From a virus (lineage: Duplodnaviria; Caudoviricetes), in IMG/VR virus record IMGVR_UViG_3300033074_001927, positions 32,001 to 96,000 of that record: DNA of 64,000 bases. One strand, given 5' to 3'. The position numbers were made by a program, and so were the translations under genes. A model generated the notes under the pieces. That model was not told the origin of the DNA, did not search any database, and saw only the letters and a program-made list of their open reading frames with translations. Of the stretch, positions 1 through 9,303 are shown piece by piece. Each line of letters opens with the position of its first letter. Position 1 is the stretch's first letter.

Positions 1-664
1 CCGCATCAGTTTCATCTTTTTTCCTATTTGTTATTTGGCCACCATGTATGCGATATCCCATTAGCACTTCGGGCAAAAGGCTGAATGACGTGTACTGGGC
101 TGCCCTTGTAGCCCACTCATAATCTTCGCAAACCTTATTCCAAAACGGGCCGGCTTTTAGCCACAAGTCTTTCGTATACAAAAAAGAAGGGCCAAGATCA
201 TAGCCATTAACAAGATCTTCTACTGGCTGAGTTTTTGCGTGCCGCAGCTCTCTTATTGGTTTGCCATTCTCAGTAATATACATAAAATCACTATATACAA
301 AGTGGATGCTGCTTAGTGAAGTTATGTGGTCATATAGCCTTTGCACAAAATTTGGAAAATAAAAATTATCTGCGCTACACCACGTAACATATTTGCCAGT
401 TGCAACCTCATGCCCAGCATTAAGGGCACTTCCAGTTCCGCCATTTTCTTTGTCTAGCGTCTTAAGCCTTCTATCAAATAGAAATTTGCTTATTGTATCT
501 TTTGTTGAATCGGTAGATCCGTCATTTACTACTATAATTTCGATATCTGAAAAATCCTGTTGCACCAAGCTGTTTAGACACGAAGCCAATAGACGTCCAC
601 CATTATATACTGGAACAACAATAGAAACTATTGGATCTGGATCCTCAATTAGGAATTGATGCAT
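1..664 (-). CDS. Glycosyltransferase family 2 (GT-A fold), 3' end runs off the window
   Basis: Not in the ORF track. Manual translation from ATG at 664 gives MHQFLIEDPDPIVSIVVPVYNGGRLLASCLNSLVQQDFSDIEIIVVNDGSTDS, a canonical GT2 N-terminus. Confidence 0.9.
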   Translation of the reverse strand, partial: MHQFLIEDPDPIVSIVVPVYNGGRLLASCLNSLVQQDFSDIEIIVVNDGSTDSTKDTISKFLFDRRLKTLDKENGGTGSALNAGHEVATGKYVTWCSADNFYFPNFVQRLYDHITSLSSIHFVYSDFMYITENGKPIRELRHAKTQPVEDLVNGYDLGPSFLYTKDLWLKAGPFWNKVCEDYEWATRAAQYTSFSLLPEVLMGYRIHGGQITNRKKDETDA

Positions 665-1265
665 TGCTAAATCTCCCAAAAACTTTTCTAAATGCCCACT
701 GCATCTCAGGCAGCACTCTGTCGTGAAAAAGAACAACTTGCGATGTATAGGCTATGTGTTCAGAATAGTCTCCTATTCCAAAAACGTCTGTTACGAATCT
801 ATTTGCTGCAGACTCTACAAATAGCGTTATCCCATGATAATATTGATGTTTATAGCACATTTTGTATGCTAGTAAAAATTCATCTATATTGATTAGGCTG
901 TCACCAGAGTCTCTTCCAATGTCATCTATATGATGAACATATTCATGTATGATTGTTGGTATGATGTCTTTTTTGATAAAAGATTCTGAAACAACAACCT
1001 TTCTTCCGATACCGTGACCAAGAAGCAAGCTCATTGTTTTACTTCCAAAACTCGTGCCGGCTGCATAGGCTGTTGATGCAGTAGGAGATACGACCATTGG
1101 TATGTCTTTTATAAGATCATAGGCCTCTTTTGTAAAATTAGTCCTCAACACATCGTCAACAGTTCCGCTATATCCGTAGTTGTCTAACCTATCCAAGGTC
1201 GTATAACATCCAGACATTAATATTACAAGAGATAATACAAGTAATCTATTTTTCTTTACTAACAT
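645..1265 (-). CDS. Putative lipoprotein with HExxH zinc-metallopeptidase motif
   Basis: Likely start ATG at 1265 gives MLVKKNRLLVLSLVILMSG-C (basic N-region, hydrophobic core, lipobox-like), followed by IIHEYVHHID. The ORF track extends the frame to 1325. Confidence 0.6.
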   Translation of the reverse strand: MLVKKNRLLVLSLVILMSGCYTTLDRLDNYGYSGTVDDVLRTNFTKEAYDLIKDIPMVVSPTASTAYAAGTSFGSKTMSLLLGHGIGRKVVVSESFIKKDIIPTIIHEYVHHIDDIGRDSGDSLINIDEFLLAYKMCYKHQYYHGITLFVESAANRFVTDVFGIGDYSEHIAYTSQVVLFHDRVLPEMQWAFRKVFGRFSNASIPN

Positions 1266-1911
1266 GGAAGTATCCTCCGCCATTTTCTGTGCCAACTTTT
1301 TGCATAAACGCCTGACACTCTTCATCTGGTGGCTTACCTCCAGCAGTGTAGTGCTTGTTTTCTATTCCAATAGATACGATAATAGCTTTTCCTAAACCGT
1401 TGTCCTCTCTCCATTTTTGCGCATCCTTAATGCATCTGTCTATTACTCCAAAGCCGCGATTATTGCAAGCCTCTGTGAAGCCGCCATCTGATATAAGCAC
1501 GATGGTTAATCTTTCTTTATTCTGCCTTATTGCTAAATCAATAGCAACCCTGCCGTATGAAAGGACTCCTTTTGTTTTTTGCACAAAATCATCGGCTTTT
1601 CTTATTGCTTCTGGAGACATCTCCATCCAGTCGAGCCGTCTTTCCATTCCTCTGTCATTAAAAGTAATGACGCTTATATTCATTTCATCTGTAGGAAACT
1701 TTAATGACTCAAAGAGTCCAGCCCTAACGAGACCAAATATATTATGTGTTGAAGAGCTGTTGTCTATTACAAATTGCCAATTTTTTGTCAATGGAACTGA
1801 TGGCATGTTAACATTTCTAAATACATAATTCTGTATTGGCGGCTGTTCGGCAAGAACAAGTAGTGGAAAAACAAGTATTGTTAGCCAGGTGGCTATTTTT
1901 TTTCGCATCAC
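1246..1911 (-). CDS. Secreted or membrane-anchored vWA-domain protein
   Basis: Signal-peptide-like N-terminus; MIDAS-like FVIDNSSS, then VITFND and VLISDG. Confidence 0.7.
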   Translation of the reverse strand: MMRKKIATWLTILVFPLLVLAEQPPIQNYVFRNVNMPSVPLTKNWQFVIDNSSSTHNIFGLVRAGLFESLKFPTDEMNISVITFNDRGMERRLDWMEMSPEAIRKADDFVQKTKGVLSYGRVAIDLAIRQNKERLTIVLISDGGFTEACNNRGFGVIDRCIKDAQKWREDNGLGKAIIVSIGIENKHYTAGGKPPDEECQAFMQKVGTENGGGYFHVSKEK

Positions 1912-2474
1912 ACCCTCTCAAAAATGAACGTGGCCCTTACTCTATGATTTGTTGAGCGTGTAAGCAATATTTCTCCGACCCTCTTCCAATCTGTCTTCTT
2001 ATACATCGGCATTCTCTCGTCTAGCCAGATCAGGTGTCCACCGCGCTCTGTTATTTTTGCGCACTCACTCATTACAACGCGCTTATTTGGGTGTTTTACG
2101 CCATAAATTTTACTGTCTTCAGGCTGATATGGCGGGTCCGCTATAACTAAATCAAATGAATTTGGCTTAAAATACTTGCTTGCCTCTTCCGCATTGCCAA
2201 CAACATCTGGAGAGAACCTGTCACTAACATCCATTCTTTTATAGTTGCCTGGTTCGAGAGAGCCGCTAAATATATGTAGAATATTTTTTTTGTCACCAAA
2301 CATCGACATCATTCTTGCCAAATATCCTCTTGGAAACTCTCCATAGAACTTGTTCTTGCTCCTATAGTCATTTCCAATATTAAAACAGCCTACTATCCAA
2401 CCCTTGTCATATATAAGTTTAGGATATTTGTGATATAAGCTATTATAGCAATCAACCCTCTCTTGATAGTCCAT
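1908..2474 (-). CDS. Small SAM-dependent amino-methyltransferase (N6A/N4C-type motifs)
   Basis: ILHIFSGS (motif I-like) followed by FDLVIADPPY (motif IV). Confidence 0.7.
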   Translation of the reverse strand: MDYQERVDCYNSLYHKYPKLIYDKGWIVGCFNIGNDYRSKNKFYGEFPRGYLARMMSMFGDKKNILHIFSGSLEPGNYKRMDVSDRFSPDVVGNAEEASKYFKPNSFDLVIADPPYQPEDSKIYGVKHPNKRVVMSECAKITERGGHLIWLDERMPMYKKTDWKRVGEILLTRSTNHRVRATFIFERV

Positions 2475-3487
2475 TACACATCCAACCAGTTATAAAATGG
2501 CTTCATTTTAACATCGCCAAATCCACCACTCCACATCCATTGTGGAATTGTTGGCATGCTTCTGTGTTGACTGTAATACTTGCTACCTGTTTTCCAGTTC
2601 TTGAACCCCATATTTTGGTATAATGGATCTTTTACACAAAATAATGGATGATTTTCCATTACTCGAGGATGCGGCCCATCAAATTCAAGTATCGTGTCTA
2701 GACTCTCAGTCCCATTAACATATTCCTCAAATTTTGCATCAAAAGCCTTGGCAGCATTTCCTCCTCCTGTTGCAGGAAATTTTTCCAATTCTTTTCTGTA
2801 GAACTCCTGCTTCATTTTGTGAAATTTTTCACCTTTCGCGTGCCCATAGTGATATATAAAGACGGGGATCATATATCGCTGTATTTGTATTTCTGGTGAA
2901 AAATAGCTACAAGAGCCATCAGGCAGCGTTGCTACTGGATGCGTATGATACCTCATTCCCCTTACATATCTAATTATTCTTTGGTGATTCAAGACCCATT
3001 CAGGATGGAAGTCCTTTATATGATAAAAGTCTCTATAAAAATGCAGAAATGTGGGAATAAATTCTATTGCAGATGGGCGAATGTGCGCTGCACGCCTTAT
3101 CCTGTCAACATCTCCATCTACATAGAACTCGTCAGCATCCACGATGCAAAGAATCTCGTCTTCATTTGCTACATCTAAAAATATCTGCTTCTGCTCTTCT
3201 AGAGACCTGAAGTGTCGACCTATCTGATATAGTTCTATTTTGTTATGTGGATCTGGAAATGATTTTATTATTTCTATTGTAGAATCTGTGCTATGCCCAT
3301 CGCTAGTGCTGTTTGGCCTACCTTCGACTGCGCCTTCAACAATTCTTATTTTATCAAACTCTTCATAATTGTTTTTTAATACATACTCTATCCAATCCTC
3401 TTCGTTGTGTGCGCCAACACACTTAATCAACTTTATGTTGTCTACATCTCTATTTATTTCTGAGTTTATTAAGTCTATCTGTTTCAT
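2474..3487 (-). CDS. Glycosyltransferase family 2-like
   Basis: AHNEEDWIEYVL, STDSTIEII, DxD motif IVDADEFY, IYHYGH. Confidence 0.8.
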   Translation of the reverse strand: MKQIDLINSEINRDVDNIKLIKCVGAHNEEDWIEYVLKNNYEEFDKIRIVEGAVEGRPNSTSDGHSTDSTIEIIKSFPDPHNKIELYQIGRHFRSLEEQKQIFLDVANEDEILCIVDADEFYVDGDVDRIRRAAHIRPSAIEFIPTFLHFYRDFYHIKDFHPEWVLNHQRIIRYVRGMRYHTHPVATLPDGSCSYFSPEIQIQRYMIPVFIYHYGHAKGEKFHKMKQEFYRKELEKFPATGGGNAAKAFDAKFEEYVNGTESLDTILEFDGPHPRVMENHPLFCVKDPLYQNMGFKNWKTGSKYYSQHRSMPTIPQWMWSGGFGDVKMKPFYNWLDV

Positions 3488-4157
3488 TTTTTATTGATTC
3501 CTCGCATAGGGCGGCAAAATCAGGATCTTTTTCAATTACTATATACTTCCTACCTGTCCTCAATGCCGCGACAGCGGTGGTTCCACTACCAGCAAATGGA
3601 TCTAAAACAACATCTCCTTCGTTAGTAAGTATTTCTAGTATTTCTGTAAATAGTCCATCTGGCTTTTTTGTAGGATGTTTTGATCTCTGAGACGCATAAT
3701 TAAAAACTCCAGTTTCTCTTTTAAAGCCGTCCCTTCTCCTAAATGTCCACTTGCCTTTTGGCTTAACTGCCCAAACAGCAAATTCTAGACATGAAACAAA
3801 AAGTCTATCAAGATTGCGCGGTGCTGAATTTTTCTTAACAAGGACAAGGGGGCGCTTAACAAGCATTCCGCACCGCTCAAGCTCGTCTACAACATGAGAC
3901 ATATAGAGAAAAGACGTCCATATGACAATGCCACCACCCTTCTTAAGGGTTGCTACTGCATCCTTTATCCAGCCAGTTAGGTCGAAGCCGACATCCCATT
4001 CGCCAAACATTACTCCATGTTGTTTGATCTTCATGGTATGAAAATTGTTTGCCTTGCTGATGTTGTATGGCGGATCTGTTAATATAAAATCAATTGATTC
4101 AGGCTTTATTGTCTTTAGGACTTCAAACGCGTCCCCATTAATTACAGTATTGATCAT
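3450..4157 (-). CDS. DNA methyltransferase, beta class (N4C/N6A)
   Basis: ILTDPPY, then HPTKKP, then VLDPFAGSGTT (motif IV before motif I). Confidence 0.92.
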   Translation of the reverse strand: MINTVINGDAFEVLKTIKPESIDFILTDPPYNISKANNFHTMKIKQHGVMFGEWDVGFDLTGWIKDAVATLKKGGGIVIWTSFLYMSHVVDELERCGMLVKRPLVLVKKNSAPRNLDRLFVSCLEFAVWAVKPKGKWTFRRRDGFKRETGVFNYASQRSKHPTKKPDGLFTEILEILTNEGDVVLDPFAGSGTTAVAALRTGRKYIVIEKDPDFAALCEESIKNETDRLNKLRNK

Positions 4158-5230
4158 ATATTTGCCACAATCTTGTCTGCGGTATTTTGCCAGGATAGAG
4201 CTCGAGCCGACTCAACTCCTGTAAGATTTGGAAGCAGCTTTCCAGTCTGCTTTTCTTCGTGCACTTTTTTCATTTCTGACGCTAGATCCTCTATATTAAA
4301 AGTACACCAACTTCCATTGTTGTGAAACCACCTTCCATCATTTGCTAGCTCAAATCCTGTAGGATTGATAAGTCTTGCATTATCTTTGTTGCAAAATTCT
4401 GTATGGCCAGCATAGTTGGTGGCTATAACATGTCCTCCGCACGCCATAACCTCTAGCGCCTCAAGATTCCACCCCTCTGCATGACTTGGAAATACTCCGC
4501 AATCTATATGCGAAAATATTTCAGCCATTATGTTTTGCTTCTCAAACCTCGGAAAGAACTTTATATTCCTCCCCATTTTTGATGACAAATATTTATTTTT
4601 CCACACATCGTTTTCTGAGCCAATAAATGGATTTTCATTTATCATCCAAAGTTCTACGTTGTCATCGGTGGAAAACGCTAGATTAAACGCCTCTAACAGC
4701 TCCTCGTGTCCCTTTCTTTTTTCCCACTTTCCAGCATTCAAGAACACCGTAGACTGCCTGGTGTAAGCCGGCCTTCTTTTTCTTGCCGCTTCAGAAAACA
4801 CAAAAGGATCTCCAACGCCAAGCGGAACAACATGAACGTTCTTGTGTCCGGTTTGCAGCTCTACAACCTCTTTTGCCCAAGAAGAACATACAAACACAGC
4901 ATCCAGAGACGAGATTTGATGCTTCTCTCTATCTGTAAATTCTCTAAGTTCAAATATTGGCCATCCAACCTTCAGCCCATTTCCACATGGAAATAAATCA
5001 AGCTGATGTTGATGCCAGATACGTATTGATGGAGCACTTCTGTCGTAGAAATGTGAGTTATTAATTGCAGACTCTATTAATTTTTTTGACTCAACACTTC
5101 CATCAAAATGCGCATCCCCTATGGGAAATAATGCCACATTATGACCAGCTATGCTTAGATGTTTTAATACATTAAAGCCAACAACGCCATACCCTAAACT
5201 GTTTATTGGCGCAACAAGGTTTATATTCAT
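4154..5230 (-). CDS. Glycosyltransferase family 4 (GT-B fold)
   Basis: GKWEKRKG, FPSHAEGWNLEALEVMACG, VIATN. Confidence 0.9.
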   Translation of the reverse strand: MNINLVAPINSLGYGVVGFNVLKHLSIAGHNVALFPIGDAHFDGSVESKKLIESAINNSHFYDRSAPSIRIWHQHQLDLFPCGNGLKVGWPIFELREFTDREKHQISSLDAVFVCSSWAKEVVELQTGHKNVHVVPLGVGDPFVFSEAARKRRPAYTRQSTVFLNAGKWEKRKGHEELLEAFNLAFSTDDNVELWMINENPFIGSENDVWKNKYLSSKMGRNIKFFPRFEKQNIMAEIFSHIDCGVFPSHAEGWNLEALEVMACGGHVIATNYAGHTEFCNKDNARLINPTGFELANDGRWFHNNGSWCTFNIEDLASEMKKVHEEKQTGKLLPNLTGVESARALSWQNTADKIVANI

Positions 5231-5231
5231 T

Positions 5232-6371
5232 CTATACTCCAGCCCTATAATGCTTTTCTATAACAGATAGAAGTGTTTTCCCAACGCCTTCTACAGAAAA
5301 TTCTGACATTTTTTCTATGCACTTTCTTTTTCTATCAGACCATTTACAGTGCTTGTTGCCTGAAAACTTATATATCTTCCATTCGTTATAAGCAGCTCTC
5401 ATAGCCTCCATCACCTTTGAGGTAACAGGTTCTGCCCACATGTCTGATCCGGTATACATAAAACTATGAGGATGTGGCATATCTATGCATGGCGATGGAT
5501 TTTGCGGAATTAGCCATCCGCAGCTATCATCAATGAAGTGCGTTGGCCCGCCCCAATTTGTAGCAATAACAGGAGTTCCGCGATGCATCGCCTCCATGTA
5601 TGGAAGGCCCCAACCCTCCCCCCTGGATGGCAGACAGAAGAGATCAGCCGTAGAATATAACCTATTCATTTGGGCCTTGGAATATACTTCTGGCAACAGC
5701 ATTACGTGAGCATAATCATTCATCCTCAGGGCTTCTTTCATTTTATCTACCTGAAAAAACAGCTTTTCTTTGTATTCCTTATTTGAAACCGTATTAGCAT
5801 ATGTTTTTAGAATCAAAAGAACTTTGTCTGTTTTCCTAAACTCGGCAAAAAATGACTTAAGCAAAACATCTATGCCTTTCTTTTTAGAATCTTGGCATAC
5901 AGCCAGTATCTTGAAGTGACTTTCAAATCCATCCACAGCATATGGAGCCGCAACCTCTGGCGGATTCATGCATAGTGGAACATACTCTACTGGAACATAG
6001 ACGCCTGATTTTTTTGCCGCAAGGACGTTCGCTTCACAAGAAACTATAACAAGATCCATTCTATTTAGTTTGTTTACCCACTCAGAAGGCATCCTGTCTG
6101 TTTCCCAAGATATACAATTTACATTAAAAACTCCATCTTTTCTTTCCGTCTCATTAGGAGTCGTGTGCTGAACAACAACATCTACGCCACTGGCTGGCTT
6201 TAGATAAAGAGTGGCGAGCTCTGCGTCAAACTCAATAGAACCGCCGTCGTAAACCAGTGGACGAACCACCACGTCCGCTCCTGATCTAGTCAAGGCTCTT
6301 GCGTAGTTCCTTGATGCTTCGGCATATCCGCTTATGTCTTTTAATGGACCTACATAAAGTATTTTTTTCAT
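5232..6371 (-). CDS. Glycosyltransferase family 4 (GT-B fold)
   Basis: SGYAEASR, KKGIDVLL, LPSRGEGWGLPYMEAM (EX7E), PVIATNWGG. Confidence 0.92.
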   Translation of the reverse strand: MKKILYVGPLKDISGYAEASRNYARALTRSGADVVVRPLVYDGGSIEFDAELATLYLKPASGVDVVVQHTTPNETERKDGVFNVNCISWETDRMPSEWVNKLNRMDLVIVSCEANVLAAKKSGVYVPVEYVPLCMNPPEVAAPYAVDGFESHFKILAVCQDSKKKGIDVLLKSFFAEFRKTDKVLLILKTYANTVSNKEYKEKLFFQVDKMKEALRMNDYAHVMLLPEVYSKAQMNRLYSTADLFCLPSRGEGWGLPYMEAMHRGTPVIATNWGGPTHFIDDSCGWLIPQNPSPCIDMPHPHSFMYTGSDMWAEPVTSKVMEAMRAAYNEWKIYKFSGNKHCKWSDRKRKCIEKMSEFSVEGVGKTLLSVIEKHYRAGV

Positions 6372-8005
6372 TTTAATATTCCACTAAGCCGATCAGATAC
6401 AAACTCTATGGTTGGCGCCTCAATCGACATTCCTCTTATCTCCATAGATCTTGAATATCTCTTCTCCTCAAATCTATTATCTATTTGCGCCTCTCTTCTA
6501 AAGTAATTTTCTACGTCATCCCTGCTTTTACCAGCAGCAATCTCTTTTAGCCAATATTTTATGCCATCCGTGTCTGGTTGGCGATTAAGAATAAGTTTAT
6601 AGCACGCGACTATAAAATCATCTGCAGATGTATTTGCAGGCAATCTTCCACGGACAGGACTCTTGAAGAGCGGGCGAACATCCCACGTTTTACTTCTGTC
6701 ATATGGCTTTATTTTGTCAATAATGCTCATTAGCTTGTTTGCAGAGATGTCCCATGCGTGCATTGATTGCGCGCACTTTATGGCTGCGGCTGATAAATCA
6801 TTCCTCTTCTTTTTGTCTGTAACTAGCAGTAATAGCTTCTTTACAAAATCCTCCTCATCTGGCAGAGACCTTACCGCCATTGTATTTGGTTCTGTATAAA
6901 ACTTCTTAACAGATAGAGGAAGTCCCCCACCATTTGCAATATGGTCTTCCATAGCCGAGTAGTTTTGGTATATGCCCGGCACGCCGCAAGCCTTCGCCTC
7001 AACTATTGGCAGACCCCATCCCTCGCATATTGCTGGATGAACATAAACGTCCATTAGGTTATATATTTCTGCTAAATCTGCCGCGTCTACTCCGCTATGC
7101 GTGTTTGGCATATGCGCCTTATTGGCTCCGCAAAAAATACATTGCGCAAAACCGTCCTTTGACGACGGCAGGAACCATTGCAAAAACACCTTTGAGCAGG
7201 CGTCACACTTGTATGTAAAGATAACATCCCTCTTTATTTTATTCCTATTTAAAAGTTCTGGAAGATCCCAGCCTGAATCTGGCCATGATGTGTGACACAA
7301 CAAAACAGACTTATTCACCTCTGGTATTTTACTGTGCCTCTTCTTCAAGGTAGCAAAGGCAGAAAATAGCTCTGGGAACAACTTACGAGACTGATTTCTC
7401 ATAACTGTTCCTATAACAACAATATTTTTATTTATGCCCCAGTCTGCACGCACAGCGTCTTTATCTAGTGGCCTAAATAAAGACAAGTCAACTCCTGGAC
7501 TTATAACATCCGCTACAGGCACTCCTTGCTTCTCTAGAGTTTTTTTGCCAAAATAGCTGTAAGCGCAAACCACTGTTGCCTTTTTAAATATGTCGTCTAT
7601 CCACTCGACCTTTTGTGGCGCAGAGTCTACTGTTGGAATAAGTATTGTTTTGTAATTTGACGCAAACCTATTGTTTACATCATGCGACATCATCCACGGG
7701 TCTCTAAAATTTATAACAATATCTGGTTGAAAGTCTGCTAAAAATCCCTCTATTTTGTAACCGCCAAAGTGCGCAGCCCTATCCCTTGCTACAATCTCCT
7801 TTTCCGCATCGTTTGTTGGCAATACTCCGTAAAACTTCCAAGGAAGCTTAGATGCCCTCGCGTCTTTCTCGGATCCCCACGATCCGACCTCTGCGAGCTC
7901 ATACTTTTTGGTTGCGTGCAATCTTCGCATGAACTCGTTCTGCATTACTGCAAAACCAGTAGAAAGCCAGCTAGCCTCACCGCTAAACATTATTCTTTTC
8001 TTCAT
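6368..8005 (-). CDS. Glycosyltransferase family 4 with Zn-ribbon insert and C-terminal DUF4214-like domain
   Basis: RNQSRK, EGWGLPIVEAKACG; CDAC...CIFC insert; C-terminal FIVACYKLILNRQPDTDGIKYW. Confidence 0.88.
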   Translation of the reverse strand: MKKRIMFSGEASWLSTGFAVMQNEFMRRLHATKKYELAEVGSWGSEKDARASKLPWKFYGVLPTNDAEKEIVARDRAAHFGGYKIEGFLADFQPDIVINFRDPWMMSHDVNNRFASNYKTILIPTVDSAPQKVEWIDDIFKKATVVCAYSYFGKKTLEKQGVPVADVISPGVDLSLFRPLDKDAVRADWGINKNIVVIGTVMRNQSRKLFPELFSAFATLKKRHSKIPEVNKSVLLCHTSWPDSGWDLPELLNRNKIKRDVIFTYKCDACSKVFLQWFLPSSKDGFAQCIFCGANKAHMPNTHSGVDAADLAEIYNLMDVYVHPAICEGWGLPIVEAKACGVPGIYQNYSAMEDHIANGGGLPLSVKKFYTEPNTMAVRSLPDEEDFVKKLLLLVTDKKKRNDLSAAAIKCAQSMHAWDISANKLMSIIDKIKPYDRSKTWDVRPLFKSPVRGRLPANTSADDFIVACYKLILNRQPDTDGIKYWLKEIAAGKSRDDVENYFRREAQIDNRFEEKRYSRSMEIRGMSIEAPTIEFVSDRLSGILK

Positions 8006-8018
8006 GTAAGATCGCCCA

Positions 8019-8390
8019 CTAAATGTTATCGCTATCTTTTCTTGTAGCCCTTATTAAAACATCAAAGGCAAAAGCTCTTCTATCTCCTGCCACGCTAGAG
8101 TCGCCATTCCTATACTTGTGGTAATCTATGTAGATGTCTTTTGACAGTGACACAACCCCGGCCCCACCGCCATGAAGCCTTGCCATCTCTTCTATTATTT
8201 CATTCCTTGCGCAAGCTCTTGCATAGCCATAAAAATTCTTTTTATTAGAACCAGATGCGTAAGCCTTGAGCAGACCTAAATACGCGGCCTGACGACAGTC
8301 ATCAAGGAGGTATGGCGGCACCCTTTTTAAGAGTGCCGCCACAATCCTGTGGTCTTCTGTTGACAGGTCGTCTTTAGAATGGAAGGTCAT
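8019..8390 (-). CDS. Short sigma-70 region 2-like protein
   Basis: DDCRQAAYLGLLKAY...NFYGYARACARNEI matches the region 2 pattern DLxQEGxIGLxxA...FxTYAxxxIRxxI. Likely start ATG at 8390 overlaps the ssb end; the track start at 8501 lies inside ssb. Confidence 0.6.
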   Translation of the reverse strand: MTFHSKDDLSTEDHRIVAALLKRVPPYLLDDCRQAAYLGLLKAYASGSNKKNFYGYARACARNEIIEEMARLHGGGAGVVSLSKDIYIDYHKYRNGDSSVAGDRRAFAFDVLIRATRKDSDNI

Positions 8391-8805
8391 AAGACTGGCT
8401 ATCATCTCCAGCCGGATTTGGCCTTCTGCCCTTTTGTTTCTGCGGACCACCATCTCTTGCGTCGGTGTCTGCATTCTTCTTGTCGGCAGAATGAACAACA
8501 ACTTCTTGCAGTTTTACCTGAATGCGACTAGTCTTTTTACCAGTCTCTTTATCTGTCCACTCCCTTGATTCGAGACCACCTCTTACCGTAAGCGGCGTTC
8601 CCTTTGTAACTGATCTTTCTAGTCGCTCAGCAAGGTGTCCCCAAGCATCGCAATCAATAAAGAGCGGAACTTCAACCCATTCATCTCCCTTTTTATATGA
8701 CCTATTGACCGCAATGCGAACAGTTGCAACCTTGTTTTCTCCGAACTCTTTTACGACCGGATCTGAAACAGCCCGTCCAGCACCAACCCACTGATTTAAA
8801 CTCAT
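8374..8805 (-). CDS. ssb: Single-stranded DNA-binding protein
   Basis: MSLNQWVGAGRAVSDP...FIDCDAWG...GGLESREWTDKETG...DDSQSYDLPF (OB fold plus acidic PF tail). GGAG lies upstream of the ATG at 8805. Confidence 0.93.
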   Translation of the reverse strand: MSLNQWVGAGRAVSDPVVKEFGENKVATVRIAVNRSYKKGDEWVEVPLFIDCDAWGHLAERLERSVTKGTPLTVRGGLESREWTDKETGKKTSRIQVKLQEVVVHSADKKNADTDARDGGPQKQKGRRPNPAGDDSQSYDLPF

Positions 8806-9267
8806 ATACAACTCCATGCCATCGACTTCAATGAGCCTTAAGAAATCCTCAAACAATCCAACACTAATTGACTTTAATATGAATTTATTAAGCAAATAAA
8901 GATTATTGTCAACGTAATCTCTATAGAGAGTAGACAAATTTTCTTTTGCCAATAAATCAACGGCCAAGTCAAACACAACACCGTTTATATTGTTACATTT
9001 TGAGTCTATTAAGATAATATTTGTTAAATCACAGTCGTCCAAACTAAGCAAAGTTTTTATTTCTTCTTCTACTAAAACTGTTGCAGCCAGCAATGTTGTT
9101 TTTACCGGCCTGCCATAAGGCAGTGTTAAAATCCCATTATTAAACGACCACTTTAAAGACTCTCCATTGAAAGAAAAATATACAACGCCATTGTCGGTAT
9201 CGCAGCATACTATATTTTTAGATTTTTTTTCTTTATATCTACCAAGTATCGCTTCTATATCATGCAT
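8806..9267 (-). CDS. Hypothetical 154-aa domain in frame with ssb, with no intervening stop
   Basis: ORF 8374..9267 is continuous and has its own AGGAGA SD upstream of the ATG at 9267. Confidence 0.6.
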
Positions 9268-9276
9268 TAGTTTGTA

Positions 9277-9299
9277 TCTCCTATATATGTAATAGGAGA
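9277..9299 (-). promoter_or_regulatory. Hairpin sequestering the Shine-Dalgarno of the 9267 gene
   Basis: Perfect 8-bp inverted repeat TCTCCTAT-(7 nt)-ATAGGAGA; the downstream arm on the minus strand contains AGGAGA 9 nt before the ATG. Confidence 0.55.
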
Positions 9300-9303
9300 A
9301 AAA

